Part shown: positions 53,149 to 64,000 of the stretch, one piece after another
Layout: the number at the start of each line of letters is the position of its first letter
Position numbering within the stretch: position 1 is the first letter of the stretch
Source of the DNA: Octopus sinensis
Taxonomy: Eukaryota
Length of the DNA stretch: 64,000 bases
NCBI RefSeq assembly: GCF_006345805.1
Contig: NC_042998.1
Span: 124,868,001 to 124,932,000 of the forward strand
Reading direction: 5' to 3'
Notes under the pieces: model-generated
Databases searched by the model: none
Seen by the model: only the letters and a program-made list of their open reading frames with translations
What the model was told of the DNA's origin: nothing
Position numbers and translations under genes: made by a program

Positions 53149-55379
53149 TATATGTGTACAGGACGTCACTAACAACAAGAATTACGGAAACAAACGAGTT
53201 AAATACGCAAACAACGAGAGAATAAGATGAAAAACAGGACAAGTAACACGGAGAACGACACTTCATCAGTTGTAGGCTGTCTATCTACTCCTAATTTCAA
53301 AATCAGTGTGTGCGTGTGTGTGTGTGTGTGTGTGTATGTGTGTGTTCGTGCGTATACACAGAAGAAAGCCTAAAAATAATGCTAAATTCCGCTTGATGCT
53401 AATATTTAGTCCATAGCCTGTTGTGACTCTGCTGACCTATGATCAAAATCATTCAAGCCATGATCTTCGTATCTTTAGTAACAGATACTGTGTTTCTAAG
53501 ACTACATCCTGTAACGTGTCATTTTCTTTCAAAAGTTGATAGCTTGTGATTTGAAGGAGATGTGACGTCTACTAGATCGATTGATTACAGAGAGGTCCCG
53601 TCGTTGGCGCGTGACCTCTCCCTTGTAAGTTAGTAGAAAGCCGTGTCTTTGACACAGATTGGAGATTCGGTTGATGAATGTTACTTCACTTTAATTGCAG
53701 CAGAAACCAAAGTTTTCGACCATTAAAAGCATATTTTTTACGTCTATTAAAGTGTAGTTTGTGTCAAGTAGATACGCTATCAGCTCTAGTGTTACATACC
53801 AAATATGTTACATTGGCCTTTTGATTCTGTGTATACATAAAGGAATTAAAGTTATTACCACAGTAGCCATACATTCCTGATAATAACAGGCTTTCATTTA
53901 ATAGTAAGTTGATGTAAAAAGCAAGATTTTATTTCATTCGACAATATAAAGAAGACAGTCCAAAGTTTTAGATATTGTTAATCAACTATATTATTACTTA
54001 TCCGAGATGCTTCATTGAAGAACCTGTGAGTACTGCTACTTTATGCAATTATTGGAGAGGCGAATACACGCATTCCAATTTCGCATTGCTTTTTCCATAT
54101 GCTCGGAAAGTTTTCGTCATCGAGTTACATAAATACTTCGTAAATTCAACCAACTATTCAGATCACAATCAGTTATAGAAAACAACTTTAAAAAAACAAT
54201 AAGTGTCAAATCTAAGTGGACTTCCTACATTATTATTGATTTAAGACAGATAATAAAATTAGGAGCTGAGTAGATCTTTTTCTTAATTTTGCCAGGTTTT
54301 TCAATTACTGAATTGAAAAATTAATTGTGGGATTTACTATTGGCAAGAGATCAGGGAAAATAGGAAAACTTCTGTTGATTGGGATTCTCCCGAACCTCTA
54401 ATTTGATAATTTTCTAAACTGCATAATTTCTGAGAGTTGTTTTCTGTTTTCTGTCCTTTCAGTTAAAATGCATGAAGTTATTTTTCTCTCTTGAAAAAGT
54501 AATTTGCTTTTGCCTGTAAATGTAAACATTTCTGATATAAGCCTAATTTAATTTCCTTTATTTCTGCCTGAAAGTTTAAAATTTTTAATTTGATTAAAAC
54601 CTTCAAGAAATGCTAATTTTAATCGGTTTCAAAGCCTGTCGATCGATATTGTTAATGCTTTTATTTGTAAGGTATTTCCAAACAAAACAGTTGCTAATAT
54701 GTTCAGTTTCACTTAATTAAAACTAAGCAAATATTCACAGCATTAATCTTTCAGGAAAAATTTAATAAAAGATGAACAGTGAAAAGAAATGCTATATTAT
54801 ATGGTTTTTATATAAACTTGGTAGTAAGAAAGACAGAAAGAAGGTGACTTCGAGGTAGTAGAATTACTTTCGCTTATGTTTGTTTGAATTACTCTATTCT
54901 GATATATTTTATTCACTTAGTTGACTAAATAGTATTAATTCTTTAGCGCTATCTCTAAAACTTGAAAATATATATATATTTGATTTTTTTACACAGCTGT
55001 ATGCGCCTATTCATGTATCTATATATTTTGTATCTAATGTCGCTAGTGTATAATCTTGTCAGAGTTTCTTCAAATGTTTCAACAACTGCACCACTGTCAG
55101 TGCTGTGTTCGTGAGGTGTTTATAGTATTTTCTTTTGTAGATGTAGAATTTATGTTGTGAGTGAAGTGTGTACCGTTGGAAAGTTTGGTTTTTTTATATG
55201 TAGGATATGAAAGGTGGCGGAATAATTTTATGGACAGTGTGCGTAACATCGATTACTCTAATATTTACGTACATGTTTTTCATGCTTTTTTTTTTATCGT
55301 AACTAATGGTCCAAATAATTTTGTTAACATTTTCACTTCCCTGTTCACATCGAACTTATTTCAATTTCAACGTCTGTGT

Positions 55380-55640
55380 AATCGGACAGTTTCTTCAAGT
55401 CTTTCGGTACAGTGTTTTTGTCAAAAGAGTGTGTGATGTCTGTTAGAGTACAGAGACTTTCCTTTAAGTCCTAGAAAGGTAGATTTTGTTAGTTTAAAAA
55501 GACATGGCTCATAATTACAGCCGACTCCCTGTACTAAACCCGTTTTCAGCTAAATGGATTAACATATAGGTGGTCATGAATGGCGTAGATCTTGTCAGTG
55601 AAGGTACTCGGACTTAACTAAGACAGGGTATCGCAAATAT
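55380..55640 (+). mobile_element. Possible highly decayed Tx1-like LINE 3' end
   Basis: Weak similarity only (KECV....TETFL, RW.NGVDLV). Confidence 0.25.
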
Positions 55641-57344
55641 GGTAAATCATTTCTTTGTACTGACTGCACCTGAACTTCCTTTTTGATAAAGTTTTTTCTT
55701 GTTTATATCATTTTTATTTTAAACAAACTGATTGCATTTTCAATCATAATGTTTAAATATAAAAATTAAAAGCAGAAAGAAAAAAGAAAAAATGGGAGTT
55801 AAGTGACAGAATATGTAGTGGAAATGGGGAATGGGTCACACACACAAGAACAAATGGTATGCTCAGTGGCACCCCGCAGTAATGACTGCGATGGCATTGC
55901 CTTGGAGAATAGCCAGTGTGTGACAAGACAATAAATGAACATTTCTCTCTTCAACCTAATATATTACAGCACTGGTATCCACGTGTGTCTATATATTCGA
56001 CGAATAGTAAAAACGGTTACGATAAATGGGCTTGAAATAGAAAGAAAAATTGAATTTGAATATCAATTAACCAGCTTTATTCGTAACTCAGTATAAACCA
56101 AGAATGATTTTGCATAATTAAATGCCAGATAATATATAATTAGACCTGAATGGCATTCATTTTATAGACATTTAATGATTGTTTATAAGTAGGCTACGTA
56201 TTTATATTAGCTCTAAAAATCGTAATGTATGGAGCAATGTCCTTAAAGTTCCAAAAAGTTATCATAGTTCCAAAATTATAAATGAATATTCGAAATACGC
56301 GTGCGTATATCAGTGTGTATACGTGTATGCATATGCATACGTACGTACACACATACATACACACATACATACATACATACATACATACATACATACATAC
56401 ATACATACATACATACATACCTTCATACAGGTGTTGAATAGAAGAAAGCGTGTCCCACAATATATAGTTTTATTTGTCTAATCTTGGTATTCTTCCCAAC
56501 CGAAATCGCTTTTGTAGTTCATTCGTCTGATGTGGATAAAAGAGAATTAATATCACGTATTACCTGGAGCCGTTCAGTCGGCAATACACGTGATCCATTA
56601 TAGGTGTGTGGTATTGTGTTAACATTAGGTATCTGTATTTGAAATGCCCTTGAGAGATAGCAGCAGCGTTTCCATCATTCTGGAATCTCATGTAAGATAG
56701 ATGAGTAAGTGAAGAGTCGGGGCTGACTTTTCACTCCTAACGCAGGAATGCAATTATTAAAGGCATTCTTCTTTGAAAACCATGTTCGTATGATGTTGTG
56801 GTGCCTCTGGTTTTCCTCCCTTTCAACATCTTAATTAATCTGATGGTTTCACCATCATACAATGAAACATGCTTGGAAATATTTCAATTTCTCGATTTCG
56901 TGTGGTCTAGACAAATGGCGTAAAATCTGACGCTGCTTGTGTGGTTCTAAAACAAGCATTAACCACTGGTGTGAACCTATAGATATAGGCAGGTTTCTGG
57001 TACCTGCTCGGGGTTCCTAAGAGAGCATGGTCATATCACTGGAGCCTAAAAATGCAGCTGTCCACTAACTATGTATTACAGAGTGATGCAGCTACTAACG
57101 ACATATGCACCATATATATTTTCAGAGTATTCTCTCATACTAATCTTTAATAAGACAACGAAACTACTGAAGCAATAAATTCAGAGCAGCGGTAGGACGA
57201 GATACAAACCACCGTTCGTTTCAGCTGGAAGTTCGACAATAAATAAACTCGACATGCAGTAATGATTTAGAAGAATTTTCTTAATATTTGAATGTTTGTA
57301 AAACATTTTTAATCGAATGTGTGTGTGTGCGTGTGTGTTGAAAT

Positions 57345-58190
57345 TTGGCATAAATCTAGATGGAAGGCAAACCTCACCGAAAATGCACGGAGAATAATGA
57401 AATGTGTTGTGTCTTAAACCATCGAAATAAAAGAGACAGCACAGCTAAACCACCACCTCGCTAACTCGGAATCAACCAAATCCGTTCGTAGTGAGCGTTA
57501 TAAGGTTAGATACTAAGGGATGGCTACAAGTGCTAAACTTCTTTCATCCCACATCCACATTGGTAAGTGTAAAAAGTGGCATCTAGACTATCACATGTAG
57601 TCGGTAGCTCAATGAAACAATGTAACTTTCTCTGACGAACCTGAGAGTCTTTATGTCTGAGGGCAGGCCAATGAAGCTTTCAACCCTGATTTTATTTCGT
57701 ACCTGAAAGCATGAAGATTCTTCCATGGAGTATTCTTGGAATTTTAGTTGCTGTTCACTATGGCAGAGTTAACATCAGGGTTGTACGAGGTTTTTCATTG
57801 ATTATGTCCATGGTACAAACATTGTTCCCCGGTGATAGCACAATTTTCTATGACAGTAATGCACTGATTTACTAAGCTAATGTTATTCAAAATTTGGAGG
57901 AAGAGCACAAAAGTGAAGTAGATCATTTATTCACCTCTACAATCACCGTATTTCAAAACAATCGAACATTCATGGTGCATGTTCGAGTAGCCAGTAAAAA
58001 ACTGTTTTCTTCAGCAATAGTTGCTGAAGGAGCCAAATCAAGATTTACTTGAAGAATGGTTCAAAATTCCCCCTAACAACCGTTCAGAACTTGAATGAGA
58101 GTTACGCAGCGTTTCAAAGCTGTAATTGATGCTGAAGTGAACCAATCCGCTTGAAATATTAAAACTTCCATTAAACAATGTGTTCAATAT
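57345..58190 (+). mobile_element. Decayed Tc1-family transposase
   Basis: GRKANLT, STKSVRSE, VTFSDE, MVQTLFPGDSTIFYDSNA, LQSPYFKTIEHSW, LLEEWFKIPL and RFKAVIDAE are collinear with Tc1 transposase. Many stops. Confidence 0.8.
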
Positions 58191-58251
58191 AATATATGTA
58201 TGTATATGTAGGTATATATGTGTATATACACGCATAGACTTCGATATATGA

Positions 58252-58299
<48 letters not shown>

Positions 58300-58894
58300 C
58301 ATCTCTTGCTCTCTCTGCAATTCCTTGTACATCGGACAAACGGGACGCCGCTTGGCTGACCGGTTCGCGGAACACCTTCGTGACATCCACCTTGCGAACG
58401 ACACACCGGTCTCACGCCATTTCCGCTCCACCGGTCACTCCTTGCAACACCTATCTGTGTTCGGTTTGTCCTTACACAGAGGCCATCCGGATTCCCGTTT
58501 GCGCCGTGAACAGGAATTAATCTTCTCTCTTCGCTCTTATACGCCATTTGGTCTCAACTCTCCCCCCTCCTCATCTAACCCCCTCTCCCCCCTCCTCACC
58601 TATCCTTTCCCCCCGACCCCTACTTCTTCAGTCCTTCATCCTTTCACCCCTACTCCCCTTCCCTTCTTCCCTCTTTCTCCCTCCCTCCTTCCCTCTTCCC
58701 CTTCCCTCTGCTCCCTCACTCCCTCTCTCCCCCTCTCCCTCTTTCCTCCTTCCTCCCCCTCCCCCCTTCCTTCTCCCCTCCTCTCTCACCCCCCTCTCAT
58801 TCCCCTCCCCTTCTCCCCCCTTCTCCCCCTCCCCCTCTTCTCCTCACTACACCCCACGACTTCACACATCACATCATATATGATGTGCCATACT

Positions 58895-59230
58895 AATACA
58901 TACACCAACTAATACATACTAATACGTACTAATACATACTAATACATACTAATACATACACCAACCCTATACATACACACGTCCAGACCCCTCATACGCA
59001 CTTATACTCTCTCATACACACACACACACACTTATACATACTAATACGTACTAATACATACTAATACATACTAATACATACACCAACCCCATACATACGC
59101 ACGTCCACACCAATCCTACGCACTAATACTCTCTCATACACACACACACACACACACACACACCCTTATACATACTAATACATACACCAACCCTATACAT
59201 ACACACGTCCAGACCCCTCCTACGCACTAT
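58895..59230. repeat. Minisatellite (~120-135 bp unit, ~2.5 copies) built of CATACTAATA subrepeats
   Basis: CATACTAATACGTACTAATACATACTAATACATAC...CACGTCCA...CTCTCTCATACACAC recurs at about 58915, 59037 and 59170. Confidence 0.9.
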
Positions 59231-59402
59231 TAGCTGGTCCTTCAACCATATTATCAACCCTATTATCTCCCCTTATTTCGCTCTCGCGTCTCATGTTTGA
59301 TCTTTGACCTCTGGCCGAAATCAGATCGCCATGTTGATTCGTTAGCTACTGCACGCATTTTTTTTCTCTCCTTCTTTCTGTGTTTTTTTTCTCTCTGTGT
59401 AT

Positions 59403-59438
59403 CTTTCTGTTGAAGAGCGTAGGCTCGAAACGTTAAAG
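59403..59438 (+). ncRNA. Minimal hammerhead-ribozyme-like motif with variant core
   Basis: cttt-CTGTTGA-a-GAGC-gtag-GCTC-GAAACGT-T-aaag. All three stems pair. The core reads CUGUUGA (A6>U), or alternatively UUGAAGA. Confidence 0.65.
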
Positions 59439-59537
59439 ACTTGTTTTATTTATATTTCCTGAGCGCCATACTAATACAATTGTTCGTTTGTTTTCCACCT
59501 GCCTTCGTCTTTTGTCTATTTTCATAAAGCTTCCCGT

Positions 59538-59617
<80 letters not shown>

Positions 59618-59819
59618 TGCAGACAGATAAGGATATAATTACGTATATATACGAATTACGTAAACAATCTTGAATAAAAGGAATGAAAATATAACTAATT
59701 GTGCCTCTAACCTTTTCAAATTCCTTTTTTACATATGTAATCTATCTTGTTAACTTGAATTCTCAAGTATATAAATTTATAAATCTTTGATATGAAACCG
59801 ACAAACCGAAAATAAATAA

Positions 59820-59910
<91 letters not shown>

Positions 59911-60073
59911 TGTTTCTTTATTAGCCACACAAGGCTGCACACAGACAGGACAAATTACAAGGTAGAGCTTTTCTTTTGGTAAAAAAAGGGGGTTTGGTTT
60001 TCGATCAAAAGGGATCGTAAAGAGAAAGAAAGAGGACAAAAAAGGGGGAATAAAATAAAAAAAAAGGAGGGAG

Positions 60074-60125
<52 letters not shown>
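59820..60125. repeat. Two (AGAT)n microsatellites
   Basis: 59820-59910 and 60075-60125. Confidence 0.95.
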
Positions 60126-60126
<1 letters not shown>

Positions 60127-60559
60127 GATGTATGCACACAAAGTAGGGTATGTTGTAGATAATGTTATCATTTAGGGAATATTCACACATTAATACAAAT
60201 ATTAAAATAGTTTACTATCCTCTAAATATATGGATGAGATCTTTACTCGAGAAATATTATTAGCATAATACGCAAGTGCTGCTTATGTTTTCCCAGATGA
60301 CAACTATTGTTCGCTCTCAAGTACCTGTGATTTTCGCCTGTCATAAACAGAGCATGACAGAGTAAATAACAAGGCTAGACTCCTGAATTAAAGGAAACGA
60401 TTGATTCGATTCTATCTACTCAATTTCATTTATAAGGTTTGGACTGACCCAGTCCATAGTAAAAGATACATGCTCAGGATTTCACCCAGTGAGATCAAAC
60501 CCAGTTCCTCGTTATTACAGGGCGAACTTCTCAACCATTCGGCCCTTCTGCGAAAACCA

Positions 60560-62350
60560 CCAATTTGGTGGGAGGGGAGTAGTCAATTACATCAACTCCA
60601 GTGTTTCACTGGTCATTAACTTCCCCACACCGAAAGGATGAAAGGCAAAGTCGAATGCGGCGGAATTTGAACTCAGAACGTAAAGACAGACGAAATGCCG
60701 CTAAGCATTTTCCCGGCGTACTAACGATTCTGCCAGCTCACCGCCTTAATAATAATAATCCTTTCTATTATAGGCACTAGGCCTGAAATTTGAGAGGAGG
60801 GGATAAGTCGATTACATCAATCGCCGCGCGGATCTGGTATTATTTCATCGACCCTGAAAGGATAAGAGGCTAAGTCTACCTCGGCTGAACGTATAGACAC
60901 AAAATGCCGCTAAGCATTTTGCCCAGCATACAAACGATTCTACCAACTTGCCATTTTACTCAATAATAATAAACCATTCTACTAAAAGCACAAATTCTGA
61001 AATTTTGGAGTAGAGGATTAGTCAATTATATCGACCCCAGTTTTTCACTGGAACTTAATTTGTCGACCCGAAAATAAATGAAAGGCAATGTCTACCTGGA
61101 ATTTGAACGCAGAACGTAGCGACGGGCAAAATACTGCTAAGCATTTCGCCCGGCGTGCTAACAATTCTGCCTGCTCGCTCCCTTCTCTTTTTTTCTCGTT
61201 TTAGCCCAGAGCTTTGGCCATGCTGGAGCACCGCCGTTAATAATAATAATAATGATAATAATCCTTTCTACTATAGACACAGGGCCTTAAATTGGGAGAA
61301 GCGGGATAGTCCATATGACTCAAGTGCTCGATTGGTATTTTTTTTATTTTCATCGATCCCGAAAGAATGAAAGGCAAAGTCGATCTCGGCGGAATTTGAC
61401 ATCAGAACACGAAGACAGACAAAAATATCGCTAAGCATTTTTTGCGGCGTGCTAACGATTCTTTTCTACTCTAGGCACAAGGCCCAAAATTTTGGAGGAG
61501 GATGCCAGTCAATTAGATCGACCCCGAAAGGATGAAAGGCAAAGTCCACCTCGGCGGAATTTGAACTCAGAACGTAACGGCAGACGAAATACATATTTCT
61601 TTACTACCCACAAGGGGCTAAACACAGAGAGGACAAACAAGGACAGACAAACGGATTAAGTCGATTATATCGACCCCAGTGCGTAACTGATACTTATTTA
61701 ATCGACCCCGAAAGGATGAATGGCAAAGTCGACCTCGGTGGAATTTGAACTCAGAACGTAACGGCGGACGAAATACGGCTACGCATTTCGCCCGGTGTGC
61801 TAATGTTTCTGCCAGCTCACCACCTTAATATTCTTTTCTACTCTAGTCACAAGGCCCGAAATTTGGGGGGAGGGGGCTAGTCGATTAGACAGACCTCTGT
61901 ACGCAACTGGTACTTAATTTATCGACCCTGAACTGATAAAAGGCAAAGTCGACCTCGGCGGAATTTTAACTCAGAACGTAAAGACAGACGAAATGCCGCT
62001 AAGCATTTTGCCCGACGTGCAAACGTTTCTGCCAGCTCACAGCCTTAATAATATTGATAATCCTTTCTACTGTAGGCACAAGGCCTGAAATTTTGAAGGG
62101 AGGAGTAAGTCGATCACAATACTTGACTGGTACTTAATATAAAGTCAACCTTGGTGGAATTTGAACTCAGAAAGGTAACGGCCAGCAAAATAGTGCTAAG
62201 AATTTCGCCCCGGGTGTTAAAGATTCTACTACCTCACAATAATGGTTTCAAATTTTGACACCAGGGCAGCCATTTTGGGGGAGGAGAGAAATTAATTACA
62301 TCGACCCCAGTGTTTCACTGATACTTAATTTATCGACTCCGCGGTGGAAT
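60560..62350 (-). mobile_element. Array of about 8-9 co-oriented, mutually diverged SINE family A copies
   Basis: The B-box region GGAATTTGAAC(T)CAGAAC and the head end GCCAGCTCACCGCC recur roughly every 200 bp, separated by (AAT)n spacers. Confidence 0.92.
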
Positions 62351-63122
62351 TTATCTCTCTCTGCGGACCAAATGCATTTGATTTCGGGACTTGGCTATTT
62401 TATTATTTTCTCGTAAATGATTCAATTCAAAATTTCTTCCCAGCATAGAGGGTACATTTCATCTCTTTTTCTATAAATTTATGTATTTATTTCATAATTG
62501 CTTATTTTGATGTTTGATACTGAGTTTTACTTCGGTTATAGACGGTTTTGGTGCACTGTATTTTGCTATGTTTACACTTTGAATTCCAGGATGTTTGAGT
62601 GCATTCACTTCTCCTCCGGTGATGTTGTTTATAAGATTTCTGCATTTGAGCTGCATAACTCAAACGGATGGTTAGAAAGGTCGGTAGTGAAATGCGTCTC
62701 GTTTCTTTTTATTTAAAAAAAAAATTGCATTCTAGTTTCCAAGTGTCATACATGATATCTATACATATATGCTATATCTTATAAGACCACACTCGCTGTG
62801 AAACGATCTATCTCGCCTGATTTAAGAATATTTTCTGAACTAATACTGCATATCGTCAATGAGGACAAATCTTTTTTGTTCAATAAAAGATGTTTTGATG
62901 CTTTTTTTTTAGTATATCATATTTAGTATTAGTATTCGTTTAAACTGAATATTTAGTCATTAGGAAGAAACCGGGAAAATATTGGGGGATTATTTAGCTG
63001 TAATATCTTCCAGTTCGAGCGACTAACCGAAGTTACCTCTAAGGTTGTGCTGTGAGTAAAATAGATTTTATATAATTAACGCGAGTCCGCTGCCCTATCC
63101 ACTTGGCCATTGCGCCTCCACA

Positions 63123-63149
<27 letters not shown>

Positions 63150-63161
<12 letters not shown>

Positions 63162-64000
63162 TGCCACACTTTCATTAAACCTCCTCTCATATGTGACATT
63201 TGGTGGATGAGGGTCTTTGATGCTGCTGCTCTCATCTATGTTTCTTGCCTTGAGGTAGGTTCATCCGGAACTCTTGACAGATCTAATTTTGCTTTGAAAA
63301 AGCCTACATCCACGCCATTGAGGTCTCGCAGGTTTTGTGGGAGAATATTGAAGAATTGTAGGCCTTTGAAGCCCAAACTGATGCAGTATCTGGTCCTGTA
63401 TCCTTATAGCAGTGATGAGGCCTTTGGTACCATGTAGTAGAGCCCCATCCTGCTGCTTGTGTAAGTGACAATACCAAAGTTTGGAACATTTGTTCTAGGA
63501 TTTTCCAGATGTATATTACTGCATATCTTTCACGCCTTTGCTCCAGAGAGTAGATTATTAACTCTCAGTTTCTTTCCGTTGCTAATATGTCTAATAGTAT
63601 CGATCTTCTTTGTGTAGCTTCGCTGGATCGCCTCGAGGTCCGTCGTTAGTTTTACACTGTTTGGTTATCATAGTTGGGAGCGGTAATCCAGACGGCTGAG
63701 AACGAAAGTCCTCCGGATGATTTTTTTTTCTCTTGTTTCGAAGGATCCACTCGGCCAGACGTCTGCATTCTATTGCTAACTTGGTAATTTGCACCTAGCC
63801 ATCACTCACGCACTGATTTTGATTCGGGAATTGGAATCCCTCCTAGCTCAGTGTATCCTATCTGTTTTTCATTGAGTTTCCTGTGTTGATAGCACATGGC
63901 TTGGAATTTTCCAGCATTAAACTGCATGTTATTTTCCTCCGCCCATCTATATATTGCCTCCAACTCACGTTGCATATGCAAAACGTCTCCAGGGTTCTGT
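63150..64000 (-). mobile_element. CR1-group LINE 3' part, decayed, truncated by the window end
   Basis: Minus-strand AIYRWAEENNMQFNAGKF, VLSRLDY.SQL, LEAIQRSYTKKI, YSLEQRRERY, GFKGLQFFNILP and VPDEP. A different family from the 26.4-kb LINE. Confidence 0.85.

Larger units (their letters stand above)
58298..59545 (+). mobile_element. 5'-truncated Penelope-like element: GIY-YIG end, C-rich tract, minisatellite, hammerhead-like motif
   Basis: CISCSLCNSLYIGQTGRRLADRFAEH...PVSRHF...REQELIFSL.SYTPFGLN is a typical PLE GIY-YIG C-terminus. (TA)n lies on both sides. Confidence 0.88.

Noticed and set aside
58548-58912. Pro/Ser/Leu-rich ORFs
   Set aside because: They are read-through of a C/T low-complexity tract in the PLE 3' region.

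Overview
This is AT-rich, microsatellite-dense eukaryotic DNA, intronic or intergenic in character. The interspersed repeats resemble families I recall from Octopus genomes; this is an inference and was not searched. No host protein-coding gene can be supported, and most ORFs in the track are translated microsatellites. The main content is mobile DNA. There is a probably full-length CR1-group LINE (about 26.4-31.0 kb, +) whose ORF1 region starts with a Myb/SANT-like domain, followed by polyQ and a CCCH finger. A Penelope-like element (about 35.9-31.4 kb, -; RT plus GIY-YIG) lies tail-to-tail with it, and both are bounded by (TA)n. A second Penelope 3' fragment, two internally deleted mariners, a decayed Tc1, Tx1-like, Dong/R4-like and CR1-like fragments, a hAT MITE with a nested solo LTR, and many tRNA-derived SINEs (including multimers and a dense array) are also present. 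The most interesting signals are three hammerhead-ribozyme-like motifs. One of them sits in a short element with a tRNA-like Pol III head. A fold-back palindrome at 40.7 kb has its axis about 5 nt from that element's predicted self-cleavage site. Element boundaries are read by eye and are approximate unless a TSD is quoted.
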